A stretch of DNA of 64,000 bases from a virus. Made by a program: the position numbers and the translations under genes. This document shows, piece after piece, positions 49,086 to 58,639 of the stretch. The notes beneath the pieces were generated by a model. That model did not search any database. It had not been told where the DNA came from and worked only from the letters and a program-made list of their open reading frames with translations. Each line of letters opens with the position of its first letter. Position 1 is the first letter of the stretch. The stretch lies in the IMG/VR virus record IMGVR_UViG_3300006310_000001; one strand, 5' to 3'.

Positions 49086-50588
49086 TTATGATCCTAAATA
49101 TCTTATTACTATTTCTGCACTATTGGCAGGTGCTGTTATAAAAGTTAATGTTGTTCCAGCATATGTATAATCGTCTGTTGGTACTAAACAAATACCATTT
49201 ACAAATACTAAAATATTATCTACAGTTCTACTACCAAGAATTGTAAATCCTGTTGTTGAACCATCACCTACGTGTGATTTATCTGTTGTGAAAGGTGTAG
49301 CTGAAGCGGCAGCTGTTGGTTCAAATTTTGTAGTTGAAGAATTCCAAGCCAATACTTGTCCATCAGTAATTCCTGTCATACTTACATTTGAAATATCATC
49401 AGCACTAGAATTTTCTGTTAACATTTCAACCCAACCTGAAGTAGTTGCTATATAAGGTTTAAGTGTTGTTTCATCTAAAGCAGGTGTACCTGAATAAGTA
49501 GTTGAATTAGGAAAGGCTGCTAAGTTTACGTGATTAAATCTTATTGCTGAATTTTGTCCACTAACTGTTATATAAGCAGAACCTATTAATGATAAACCAT
49601 TTACTGTTGAAGCAGTTGATCCTAATTCAATTGCTGTAGAACCAATAGTAACTGAATTATTTGCTAAATTAGCATTTGAAATTCCAGCAGTACCACTTAA
49701 TTCTGAATTTGTAAGTCCTCCAGCTGTTAGTGTAACAGTATCACCACTTACAACTGTTGTTATACCAGTACCACCAGATATTTTAAAAACATCTCCTTGT
49801 GCTATGGAAGAAGTTGTTGATGTATCATCTGCAATATTGAATAAAGAACCTGTAATTACAGGAGTTAAAATAGTTTTATTTGTAAGGGTTTGAAAACCTG
49901 ATAATGATACTACATCACCTGTTGGTGTGTTAATAACTGGACTGTCTAAAGTTTTATTTGTTAAAGTTTGTGTTGCAATTTCTGAAACTAAAGTTGAATT
50001 ACCGCCTTTTGGTAATAACATTGTGTTAGTTTGACCCGAACTATGAGGTTGTGCTGTTATAGTCTGTCCGTGTGTATTAGCATCACAATTTAGTGTAATT
50101 TTTGCGTCTTGGGAAGAACCATCACCTCTAATTACTAAATTAGCAGTAACAGGTTCTAACTCCATATCACCAGAATCGTTTATCAATTTACCACCAAGAG
50201 TAGCAGTAGTTAAAGTTTTACTTGTAAGAACTTCTACACCAGAAAGTGTCGCAAAATCATCACCTGACAAAGCAGTATTAAATTGTGCTGTAGTACCTGT
50301 AATGGTATTAGTTGCTAAATCAATTGATTTATTTGTTAATGTATCTGTTGATGTTTCTGTAAGAACTGTAGCGTCAATATCAAAAGTTAAAGTATTACCA
50401 ACTAAAGTAGTATCAATACCAGTACCACCTGCTAAATTAAGTAATCTATTCTGGTCTATAGTAGTACCGTCACCTAGAGCAGTATAAATTTCATTAAAGT
50501 TATCATTTATAATACCACCACCAACACGTAGGTTACTACCTGTTCCGTCATTAGCTGCTGATCCTATATCTATTGATTTTTTTGCCAT
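49086..50588 (-). CDS. Baseplate/fibre connector, gp9/gp10-like N-terminus with fibre repeats
   Basis: IDIGSAANDGTG..LR.GG..IN.NF.EIY (gp9/gp10 N-domain), TLTNKT repeats, C-terminal GDGSTT.F domain. Confidence 0.75.
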   Translation of the reverse strand: MAKKSIDIGSAANDGTGSNLRVGGGIINDNFNEIYTALGDGTTIDQNRLLNLAGGTGIDTTLVGNTLTFDIDATVLTETSTDTLTNKSIDLATNTITGTTAQFNTALSGDDFATLSGVEVLTSKTLTTATLGGKLINDSGDMELEPVTANLVIRGDGSSQDAKITLNCDANTHGQTITAQPHSSGQTNTMLLPKGGNSTLVSEIATQTLTNKTLDSPVINTPTGDVVSLSGFQTLTNKTILTPVITGSLFNIADDTSTTSSIAQGDVFKISGGTGITTVVSGDTVTLTAGGLTNSELSGTAGISNANLANNSVTIGSTAIELGSTASTVNGLSLIGSAYITVSGQNSAIRFNHVNLAAFPNSTTYSGTPALDETTLKPYIATTSGWVEMLTENSSADDISNVSMTGITDGQVLAWNSSTTKFEPTAAASATPFTTDKSHVGDGSTTGFTILGSRTVDNILVFVNGICLVPTDDYTYAGTTLTFITAPANSAEIVIRYLGS

Positions 50589-50609
50589 TTCTTCCTTAAA
50601 TTACTTTAC

Positions 50610-50617
50610 TATTTATA
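50610..50617 (-). promoter_or_regulatory. T4-type late promoter
   Basis: Exact TATAAATA upstream of ATG 50588. Confidence 0.75.
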
Positions 50618-50622
50618 ATCAT

Positions 50623-53208
50623 TTACGGTGTTGTATCATCAAAAGTTGGTCCTGTTTGAGAGAAGTTAGTTACTGTATTACTAAACTCATTATTACTATA
50701 AGTTAAGAATGAAGGAAACGCAAGAGCCATTTTAACTTTCTGTCCTTCAGGATGAGAAGACATTAGGAATACTCCACCTTGACCATCTAAACTAGTTCTT
50801 GTTCCAAATATTTTTAAATTATTTAATTGTTCAAACGTATGTCCTGTACCACCAATTGAAGTATTAAATATAGTATTTGCATACTTATTAAGTGTTCCCC
50901 ATTTTGGTCCAGCATATGCGTAACCAGCTTTAACAAATTGACCACCTATTGTTGCCCTTTTTCTACTCAAATAATCTATTGTTAATCCAGGTCTTGTTAA
51001 AGTTAAATCTCTTTGATTTGCTTCAAAATGTTCATTTGTATTATGGTCTAAATCAATAGCTCCTGGTTCAAGAGGTTTTGCTCTTAAAGATGTTCCATCA
51101 TCTATCGTTCCTAATCTTCTACCAAATATCACCGAGAATAAAGTATTAAGAATTGCAATTAATGGTATTTCAACTTCTGTTCTACCAGAAACAGCACCAA
51201 CTAATGGTAGTGTTCCTCTAACATCTAGTTGTGAAGTAATATCTACTTGACCTGTAAAATAGAATCCTGCTGTATGCATTGTCTTTTTAAATGCGTCCCG
51301 CCATACTGCAATAGAACTAGCAACTTTTAATACATAAGAAAAATCTTGATAGTATCTACTATCTTGTACTTTCATTGTTACTTCAGAAAGTTTACCATCT
51401 TCATTAATAAATTTACCATCTGTATCTGAAACTGAAACTACATTGACATTTGCTGTTGCAACATCAATTTTAGCAATAGTTCCTGACCCACCTGAATCTG
51501 CTGATAATAATTGACCTTCTGTAAATGCACCTGTAATACTTTTAATTCTTAATACATTTGTAGAAGTGTTATATGAAACAATTGTTCCTTGTCCACCTGA
51601 AACTGTACAAGATTGCCCTACTGTAAATAGACCAGTAGCACCTGTTAATACACAACTGTTATAAAATTCTAATACTGGAGGACTAGGAGCGTCTTGATAT
51701 TTTTTTCCTAACTCAATTGTTTTTAATGCAATAATTCTTCCAATTTCATCACCCCACGCCTTTACACTTCCAGTTGAACCGCCTGATGATGTTATAGTTA
51801 CGCCAGGTAAAGAAGTATATCCTGTTCCATTATAAATTAAAAATATCTTTTCAATTGTTCCTGTGCCTGTTCCTAATTCTTGCATAATACTATTACCAAA
51901 ATATGGGTCTGCTGCCATAGTACCATCTTCTAAAACTATTTGGTCAGAATCTTCACCTGCAATACCACCATTAATAACTCTTACAAATCCAGCAGCATCC
52001 CTTCCACCTGTTCCAGTATTATCAAATACTAATTTATCACCGACTTCATAATTTATTCCTTTATTATTAATTACAATATCTGTTATTCCACCAGAACCAA
52101 CTTCATCAATATTAAATATAGCACCAACTCCACCTGCAATAACTTTAATTGTATCAGTAGTTTCATTTAATGCACCATCATTTGTAAGTGATTTTGTTCC
52201 TGGTATTCCTGTTATAGTTGCTTTAATATACCAATCGTCTTCATCTGAAGCAGAACCTTGTAGTTGTTCTCCAATTTGAAATGTGCCTTGAATAGAATCA
52301 CTATTTAAAATAAATTCTGTAACTGTATCTGCACCTATTTGAAAATTGGTAACATTTTCAACAACTGCATAGGCACCACTATTTGCACCTGTAATTGTTC
52401 TTCCAACTAATTGTGCTGTATCGCCAATATCAGCAATAGCTCTTAAAACTTTTAATGTATCATACTTACCATCTGATATTCTTAATATTTGTTCTCTTGG
52501 ATAAAAGGTTTGTGATTCTTCATTGAATAATATTCTAAAAAATATTTCGTGTCCTCTATTCGTTCCTTTTGAACGATAAAGTGATTTAACATTTTTTATA
52601 AGACTTCTTTTGTCAACTTGATTTGCTAATGTATCTGGTAGTGTTGCAAGAAACTCATCTCTAAAATTTGATAAGAAATTACTAATTACATTATCTGGAT
52701 CTCTAAAGTTAACTAGGTCAGCAATATTATTTACTGGATTGGGTTTATAATTATTTATTGTTGCATAAGCATTTGAACTACCACCTACAATTATTTCACC
52801 TGTTATAAATTTACTATTAGCACTTATGAATAAACGTTTAGTATCTAAATCTTCTGTTAATACAACAGCAGTTGCACCAGAAGTTTGTCCTGTAATTGTT
52901 TCACCTCTTTCAAATTTTCCATATTCAGTACCAGAGTAAATTTCAAAAATAAGTTTATCACCTGCGTCAAGTGATGTTCTTGCACTACCTAAAGCACTTG
53001 CATTTAAAACTAAATTATTTGCTTGGTCTGTTTCTGTTTCTAATAAGATACCTTCTGTAGATTTAACAGAAGTTACTGATAACTCAGCGGACTCTAGTAA
53101 TTGGTAATAGACTTTAAGAAATTCAGCAAACTTTGGATGTTCAGTAACTACGAATTCAGGTAGTTGACCAGAAAGTATTGTAGAAATCTTATCATTAAAT
53201 TTTGCCAT
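50623..53208 (-). CDS. gp7: Baseplate wedge initiator (gp7-like)
   Basis: LPEFV..EHP.F..FLK.YY, YRSKGT..G..IFFRILF, QDSRYYQDFSYVLK, HTAGF; follows gp6. Confidence 0.78.
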   Translation of the reverse strand: MAKFNDKISTILSGQLPEFVVTEHPKFAEFLKVYYQLLESAELSVTSVKSTEGILLETETDQANNLVLNASALGSARTSLDAGDKLIFEIYSGTEYGKFERGETITGQTSGATAVVLTEDLDTKRLFISANSKFITGEIIVGGSSNAYATINNYKPNPVNNIADLVNFRDPDNVISNFLSNFRDEFLATLPDTLANQVDKRSLIKNVKSLYRSKGTNRGHEIFFRILFNEESQTFYPREQILRISDGKYDTLKVLRAIADIGDTAQLVGRTITGANSGAYAVVENVTNFQIGADTVTEFILNSDSIQGTFQIGEQLQGSASDEDDWYIKATITGIPGTKSLTNDGALNETTDTIKVIAGGVGAIFNIDEVGSGGITDIVINNKGINYEVGDKLVFDNTGTGGRDAAGFVRVINGGIAGEDSDQIVLEDGTMAADPYFGNSIMQELGTGTGTIEKIFLIYNGTGYTSLPGVTITSSGGSTGSVKAWGDEIGRIIALKTIELGKKYQDAPSPPVLEFYNSCVLTGATGLFTVGQSCTVSGGQGTIVSYNTSTNVLRIKSITGAFTEGQLLSADSGGSGTIAKIDVATANVNVVSVSDTDGKFINEDGKLSEVTMKVQDSRYYQDFSYVLKVASSIAVWRDAFKKTMHTAGFYFTGQVDITSQLDVRGTLPLVGAVSGRTEVEIPLIAILNTLFSVIFGRRLGTIDDGTSLRAKPLEPGAIDLDHNTNEHFEANQRDLTLTRPGLTIDYLSRKRATIGGQFVKAGYAYAGPKWGTLNKYANTIFNTSIGGTGHTFEQLNNLKIFGTRTSLDGQGGVFLMSSHPEGQKVKMALAFPSFLTYSNNEFSNTVTNFSQTGPTFDDTTP

Positions 53209-53214
53209 TTGTCA

Positions 53215-55068
53215 TTAATAACTGGAAGTAGTTGTGTATCCCACACCTGCCTCAGCACTTCCTCCTACAAAACTATCAGCAGTAACCGTTATAGTTGAAT
53301 TTGCAATATCCATTTCAACAATTTGGTCTCTAACTGGAACAACATCATTAGAACTTGGTGTTACTGTTAATTCAACTACTGTTGAAGTTGTGCCTCTAAT
53401 ATTTGATATACTAGCAATGTTTAATGAATTAATTATTATTGCACCTGTGCCATAATCAATAGTACCTTGTGTTGAATTTAAATAAGATTTTACTCCACTT
53501 GACAAATAATATAATCTTACATTACCTGCGCCATCATCATCAAAAAAGCATTCGTTATCATTACCATCAATTTTAAATCCAGATGAACTTAATATTCCAC
53601 CTGTACTTGCCATATGTCCAGAGTGTGGATTATATAATGCATTTCTAAAATAGATACTATATTTTGAAGATGTTAAAAGTATAGGTTGGAAAGATTTTCT
53701 TATTTTAACAGTTGTGATGTTTGATAAAATACTATCATCTGTATTATCAATCAAACCTGTAACTTTTGAAAATCTAAATACTGAATCAAACTTTTGTAAA
53801 GTAGAAGTATTATAAGCTAGTAACTTATCAATAACATCTGCCTTTATAGTATCAGCAGTTTTTGCTGTTGCCTTTGCGTCATACTTAACATTTGAAGTAA
53901 TTAATACAGAAGTTGCTTCTGGATCTTTTATAATTGGTCTTACTGAAGCAACGTTATAAGGTTTTAATTGAGTTACTATATCTGCTTTTGATGTATCTGA
54001 TAATACTGTTCCTGATTTTGCTTTAATTGAAATATTTACAACACCGTAAGTTGGAGTTTCATCATCTTCTCCACCCCAAGCACTTACTGATAATGCATTT
54101 GGATAAATTGATTTAACTATAGTTTCATAATCAGTTGCTGTAACTGCTCTATCTTGAGCACCATATTGTAAAGGTGCATTAAATTTTATTGACTCATTTG
54201 ATTCTCCAATTGCACCACCTGAAGAATTTGATTCAGTTGTTATAGTTACGTTTGTAAATCCACCAACATTTCCTGATAAATTAAATTTTGAAGCACCGTT
54301 TGAATTTATTGTATTAGTTACAATATATTCCATTATTACAATATTACCATCTTCTAATTTTCTACCTGTTACACCATCACCAAAATAAATTTCATACTTA
54401 TTACTTACACCTTCTTGTATAAAATATACTTTTGAAATACTTGATACATCATTATAACCACCCGCTACTGTATAAACCTTTTGTGCTGTATCTGTTCCAC
54501 TAGTTTGAACAATAACTTTTAAAGTTGAAGTATCTGCTAAAACACTAGGTATAACAAATTTCTGGTCAGTATCATTTGTGTCATATGTATATTTAAATGT
54601 AACCAATGTTCCTTCATAAAGAGGCACATTTTCAAATTTATAAACTCCATTTACTGGTGAAATTGTTATATCTTCATTAGTCACGTATTGATAATCAACT
54701 GTATCAACTGTAGTTGTGAAAACTGTTCCCTTCTGCATTGTAACAGACGAACCTGTTGCGCCATTAACAACAACATCAATAGACGCTCTTGGTGCTCTAG
54801 GAGATGTAGGAGTATATCCTAACATCTTTGCTAATGAAACAATATTTTTTCTAATATCAGCACTATCCAAATACATTTCATTAGTTGACATATTAGCAAT
54901 GTATGACAAGTAGTGAGTGTTATATGATAGTACATCTAATAGAATAGATAAACTAGACCCTTCAAAATCATAGTCTTGAAATTGAGTTTGACTTTGTAAA
55001 AATGTTTTTAAATTTGCTTTAATTAAATCAAAATCTAATTCTGATATTTGTAATTTATGTTGTGACAT
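53215..55068 (-). CDS. gp6: Baseplate wedge subunit
   Basis: SELDFD.IK.NL..FL, DYDFEGS.LS.LLDVLSYNTHY, NEMYLDSA..R, QDRAVTATDY, WGGED. Confidence 0.95.
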   Translation of the reverse strand: MSQHKLQISELDFDLIKANLKTFLQSQTQFQDYDFEGSSLSILLDVLSYNTHYLSYIANMSTNEMYLDSADIRKNIVSLAKMLGYTPTSPRAPRASIDVVVNGATGSSVTMQKGTVFTTTVDTVDYQYVTNEDITISPVNGVYKFENVPLYEGTLVTFKYTYDTNDTDQKFVIPSVLADTSTLKVIVQTSGTDTAQKVYTVAGGYNDVSSISKVYFIQEGVSNKYEIYFGDGVTGRKLEDGNIVIMEYIVTNTINSNGASKFNLSGNVGGFTNVTITTESNSSGGAIGESNESIKFNAPLQYGAQDRAVTATDYETIVKSIYPNALSVSAWGGEDDETPTYGVVNISIKAKSGTVLSDTSKADIVTQLKPYNVASVRPIIKDPEATSVLITSNVKYDAKATAKTADTIKADVIDKLLAYNTSTLQKFDSVFRFSKVTGLIDNTDDSILSNITTVKIRKSFQPILLTSSKYSIYFRNALYNPHSGHMASTGGILSSSGFKIDGNDNECFFDDDGAGNVRLYYLSSGVKSYLNSTQGTIDYGTGAIIINSLNIASISNIRGTTSTVVELTVTPSSNDVVPVRDQIVEMDIANSTITVTADSFVGGSAEAGVGYTTTSSY

Positions 55069-55072
55069 CTTA

Positions 55073-55714
55073 TTATACTCGTTCTACTTTTATTTTTTTA
55101 TTGAAAGAAGGAAATGTAATGCTTGGATCCATATGATGTTCTTTTCGTGGTCTTGTTTTATCACCATAACCTACACCCATTAACAAAAATACATCTTCAC
55201 CTAATATACTTTTAACTTTATCTCCATCAAAACACTGGCAACAACCTGATTCATATCCTAAAAGATTAGCAGTAAGAGTTAAATATCCAGCAGCAATTCC
55301 AATTGCACGATTTTCATCCGTCTTTCCGTCTTCAGAATTTCTTTCTTCTTCTATGCCAAGTTCATTCTCTTTATCCGTTCTGGCTTCCATATTATCATCT
55401 CTATCTTTTGCAAAAACAAATAATGTATTTGCTAATACTTGAGGATTAGTAATTGTTAAATAATTACCATCTTTGTCCTTTTGCAAACGATATGTAAAAC
55501 CATCTGTAGCATTATGTATTGCTTCAATCTTATTACGGTCTTGTGTATATAGAACTTTATAAAATACACGGTTTTGTTTAGATGAACATTGTGTCACCGC
55601 CTGTTCCATCGTTTTAATATCTTTATCTGGAATTTGTTTAGATAAATCCCAATTCCTATTACATTGCTGTGATTTTGCAATTGTTCTTTCTAAAAATTTA
55701 TTATATTCACTCAT
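55073..55714 (-). CDS. Nitroreductase-like flavoprotein
   Basis: SQQCNRNWD.SKQIP...A...C.SKQN...Y; IGIAAGYL.LTANLLGY.SGCC.CF; LLMGVGY. Confidence 0.7.
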   Translation of the reverse strand: MSEYNKFLERTIAKSQQCNRNWDLSKQIPDKDIKTMEQAVTQCSSKQNRVFYKVLYTQDRNKIEAIHNATDGFTYRLQKDKDGNYLTITNPQVLANTLFVFAKDRDDNMEARTDKENELGIEEERNSEDGKTDENRAIGIAAGYLTLTANLLGYESGCCQCFDGDKVKSILGEDVFLLMGVGYGDKTRPRKEHHMDPSITFPSFNKKIKVERV

Positions 55715-55721
55715 AATCTTC

Positions 55722-56204
55722 TTATCTTAACCTTTGTAAACTTATTGCTGTTTCTTGTGGTTCTGGTACACCTATAATATTAAAATATATGGTTACATCT
55801 AATCTATTCTCATCAGCATTACCACTAACTCTTGCACCTTTTTCAAAATCATCTCCATTTATCATAATACCAGTTAACTCAATTCTAGGTTCATTATTAA
55901 TTAAACACTCTTCTATTTTTCTTTTTAAATAGACATTCAATACTGGAGAATAATTTTCAAAAAGCAATCCCCTTACACCACAACCTAATTCTGGATGGAA
56001 AGGTCTTTCATAGAAATTTGTTTGTATTAAATTTTTAACAGACCTCTTTATTGCTATTGCGTCTTCAACCACATTAACGTCATTAGTAACTGGATTTCTA
56101 CCAAAGTCTAAATCTATATCTTTAAATTTCCTAGATGTTCTAGTACTAGTACTTTTAACGTGTTTTGTATAATCATCTAAAAATGCTGAATTGCTTTGTG
56201 CCAT
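55722..56204 (-). CDS. gp25: Baseplate wedge subunit
   Basis: FKDIDLDF..NPVTND, AIKRSVKNLI.T...ERPFHPELG, NEPRI. Confidence 0.93.
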   Translation of the reverse strand: MAQSNSAFLDDYTKHVKSTSTRTSRKFKDIDLDFGRNPVTNDVNVVEDAIAIKRSVKNLIQTNFYERPFHPELGCGVRGLLFENYSPVLNVYLKRKIEECLINNEPRIELTGIMINGDDFEKGARVSGNADENRLDVTIYFNIIGVPEPQETAISLQRLR

Positions 56205-56212
56205 AACTGTAA

Positions 56213-56220
56213 TATTTATA
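56213..56220 (-). promoter_or_regulatory. T4-type late promoter upstream of gp25
   Basis: Exact TATAAATA. Confidence 0.75.
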
Positions 56221-56224
56221 CAGT

Positions 56225-56524
56225 TTAACCCGCTCTTACAGTAGTAGAACCTTTAATTAATTGTCCTGCGTCTGCGCTATCACCAATTCGTGATACAGGT
56301 AATCCTACAACTCTAACTGTAGAACTTCCTACATTAACCATCATCACGTGTGCTGGACAAAAAGGTGGTGGTGGTGCTGGGTGTACTACAGTTTTATCTG
56401 TTTTTCTTGCTATAACAATATTATTTGCTCTTACAGTAGATTGTGTTGGAGTATCTAACGTAGTTACTCCAGCACAAGTGTGTCCTGTTGTTAATTGGTC
56501 GCCTTTTCTACTGATACCTGGCAT
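56225..56524 (-). CDS. PAAR-domain spike tip protein (gp5.4-like)
   Basis: R.GD...TGH.C, V.ANNI.IAR..D....H, GS.TV.V.G.PV.RIGD. Confidence 0.85.
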   Translation of the reverse strand: MPGISRKGDQLTTGHTCAGVTTLDTPTQSTVRANNIVIARKTDKTVVHPAPPPPFCPAHVMMVNVGSSTVRVVGLPVSRIGDSADAGQLIKGSTTVRAG

Positions 56525-56528
56525 TGCT

Positions 56529-56627
56529 TTATGCTAATATCCAAATTAGAACTACTAATATTAAAACGTATACTGGAACTTTAGTTTCAGTTAACCATTT
56601 TTTTGCGTCTTTTAAATATTCTATCAT
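56529..56627 (-). CDS. Unannotated 32-aa single-pass membrane peptide
   Basis: MIEYLKDAKKWLTETKVPVYVLILVVLIWILA*; ATG overlaps the rplL stop (ATGA); GAGG SD; below the ORF-track cutoff. Confidence 0.6.
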   Translation of the reverse strand: MIEYLKDAKKWLTETKVPVYVLILVVLIWILA

Positions 56628-56986
56628 TTTACCTCTATTTTACCTCCAGCAGACTCAATATCTGCCTTAATTTTATCTGCTTCATCTTTTGCTTGGTCTT
56701 CAGCGATAATTGAAGGACAACCTTCTACAAAATTCTTTGCTTCAAGTAGTCCCATATCTTTAAAAGCTCTAATTGCTTTAATTACACTAATTTTTTTATC
56801 AGGATCAAAACCTGTTAGTGTAATTTTGAATAAAGACTCTTCTTTTACTTCTTCAACTGGTGCAGGTGTACTCATTATAGCATTTAAATCTAAACCCCAA
56901 GTCTTCTCTAGTTTTTTTGCTAATTCACCCGCTTCAATAACTGTTAATTTACCCAATTGTTCTACTAACGTATCAATATTACTCAT
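56624..56986 (-). CDS. rplL: Ribosomal protein bL12 (L7/L12), full length
   Basis: N-domain LTVIEAGELAKKLEKTWG, Ala/Pro/Glu hinge, C-domain KISVIKAIR...GLLEAKNFVEG.P...AGGKIEVK. Confidence 0.92.
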   Translation of the reverse strand: MSNIDTLVEQLGKLTVIEAGELAKKLEKTWGLDLNAIMSTPAPVEEVKEESLFKITLTGFDPDKKISVIKAIRAFKDMGLLEAKNFVEGCPSIIAEDQAKDEADKIKADIESAGGKIEVK

Positions 56987-56989
56987 AAT

Positions 56990-57196
56990 TTACTTTCCTA
57001 TCTTATCTTTTCTACCTATAGGTAGTTTTTGCCACTTGGTCATCTCTTGACCTTTCTTACTTATCCACTCAATAAAGATTAATGGCGTTTTTACTTTATT
57101 TTGAAAAGATTTAACTGCCTTTTTCCAACTCGTAGCAGATATTTCTTGATTTATTTCTTTATTATCTGTAAACTTAAACTTTTTTTCTTTTGACAT
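56990..57196 (-). CDS. Small basic hypothetical protein
   Basis: 68 aa, Lys-rich, AAGG SD. Confidence 0.6.
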   Translation of the reverse strand: MSKEKKFKFTDNKEINQEISATSWKKAVKSFQNKVKTPLIFIEWISKKGQEMTKWQKLPIGRKDKIGK

Positions 57197-57335
57197 TCTG
57201 TTTATTCCTTTTCACACTACATTTTTTATCATCACATCTACAATATTTACAGATTTCCAATTTTCTTGCTTCCATCATTTCATACTTTGGCTTTCCGCAA
57301 TGGGATTCTCTCCCACAATTGTTGCAATAAGTCAT
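57174..57335 (-). CDS. Unannotated 53-aa Cys-rich (zinc-ribbon-like) protein
   Basis: MTYCNNCGRESHCGKPK...CKYCRCDDKKC...; 8 nt downstream of a late promoter; below the ORF-track cutoff. Confidence 0.65.
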   Translation of the reverse strand: MTYCNNCGRESHCGKPKYEMMEARKLEICKYCRCDDKKCSVKRNKQNVKRKKV

Positions 57336-57342
57336 AATATAG

Positions 57343-57350
57343 TATTTATA
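57343..57350 (-). promoter_or_regulatory. T4-type late promoter heading the Cys-rich / rplL / PAAR unit
   Basis: Exact TATAAATA. Confidence 0.75.
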
Positions 57351-57506
57351 CTAAAAATCACACAGGTAAACTGCTTCCCGATTCGGAAATTTGTCTATGT
57401 CATAGGAAAATCTGCAATTATGAACGTTTCCACAAGAAACTAGAACAAAAAGCGAACACACAACTAAAAAAACCTTGATTTTTCTCATTTTTTTTGAATT
57501 TTTCCC

Positions 57507-57535
57507 TTGACTTTCCTAAATTTTTAGTGTATATT
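57507..57535 (+). promoter_or_regulatory. Sigma70-type (early) promoter
   Basis: TTGACT-17 nt-TATATT, A/T-rich UP region, AAGGAG SD before ATG 57564. Confidence 0.75.
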
Positions 57536-57563
57536 TAACGTATAAGTTGAAAAGGAGAACATT

Positions 57564-57770
57564 ATGAAAAAACTACTTGAATATTTAACTATCATTTTAT
57601 CAATAGTAGGTACTTTCTGTTTAATCGGTGCTGTCGGCGCAATTGACGGCGGTTATAACGGAGTTCCAATGAACGATAATTGGTTTTTATGTGGTACTTT
57701 GTCATTGTTAGGAATTGCTATGTTTATTTTAGCATTATACTCGCAAACGTTGTATTCTGAACAAGACTAA
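57564..57770 (+). CDS. Small two-TM membrane protein
   Basis: Two hydrophobic helices; strong promoter and SD. Confidence 0.7.
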   Translation: MKKLLEYLTIILSIVGTFCLIGAVGAIDGGYNGVPMNDNWFLCGTLSLLGIAMFILALYSQTLYSEQD

Positions 57771-58639
57771 CCACTAGATTTTAATAAATAGCCTATCTCT
57801 ATTCCTAGCTCACTTGCTTTATCAATAGTTTTAGATGATTTTGAATAGAATCTATCTTTACCATCTGGTGAAAATAGTTCTGCTTCAAGATTAATCGTAT
57901 TACCATCAATATTTGCAAATACACCTACCGCTGTATCACAATCTCCTTCTATAATTTTTAAAACGTTTCTTTCTGCCTTAACACAATTGTGTGTTTCTGT
58001 ATGATTAACACTTTTTAATAACTCAATTATCTCTTCATCATTATCTCTACATTGTAAGGCAATAACACCTTGTCCTGCACACGGTATCATTTCACTAGTA
58101 GAAAAAGTTTGAGAAATCTTGTTCTCTAAACCTAATGATTGAATTCCTGCATAAGACAAAATAATAGCGTCAAATAAACCATCATTTAGTTTTTTAATTC
58201 GTGTATCAACGTTTCCTCTTATCAACTTACATATAAGGTCTTTTCTTATATTCTTTAATTGGAATTCTCTTCTAAATGAAGAAGTACCAATAATTGAATT
58301 TGGAGCTAAATCTTTTAAGTGTTTATTATCTCTACTAATTAAAATTTCTCTTGGATCGTTTCTTTCTAAAAAACAGTTTGTTAATAAACCTTCTGTTTCT
58401 TCCGTTGGCATATCTTTTAATGCGTGAACGGCTATATCTATTTTTTTATCTAATAATTCAACTTCTATCATCTTGGAAAAGAGACCTTTACCTCCAGCTT
58501 CAGAAAGTCTTACATCTTTAAGTTGGTCACCTTTGGTTTCAATTTCTTTGATAAGTATTTCTTTGTTTAATACTGCTTTAGCTTTTTCAGCATAGATACG
58601 TGCTAATTTACTTCCTCTTGATCCTATTGTGAGCGACAT
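57767..58639 (-). CDS. hemC: Porphobilinogen deaminase (HMB synthase)
   Basis: IGSRGSKLA, TKGD, GGKGLF, DIAVHALKDMP, GTSS.RR, RGNVDTR, GQG, AER, cofactor Cys in EGDCDTAVG. Start moved to ATG 58639. Confidence 0.95.
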   Translation of the reverse strand: MSLTIGSRGSKLARIYAEKAKAVLNKEILIKEIETKGDQLKDVRLSEAGGKGLFSKMIEVELLDKKIDIAVHALKDMPTEETEGLLTNCFLERNDPREILISRDNKHLKDLAPNSIIGTSSFRREFQLKNIRKDLICKLIRGNVDTRIKKLNDGLFDAIILSYAGIQSLGLENKISQTFSTSEMIPCAGQGVIALQCRDNDEEIIELLKSVNHTETHNCVKAERNVLKIIEGDCDTAVGVFANIDGNTINLEAELFSPDGKDRFYSKSSKTIDKASELGIEIGYLLKSSG

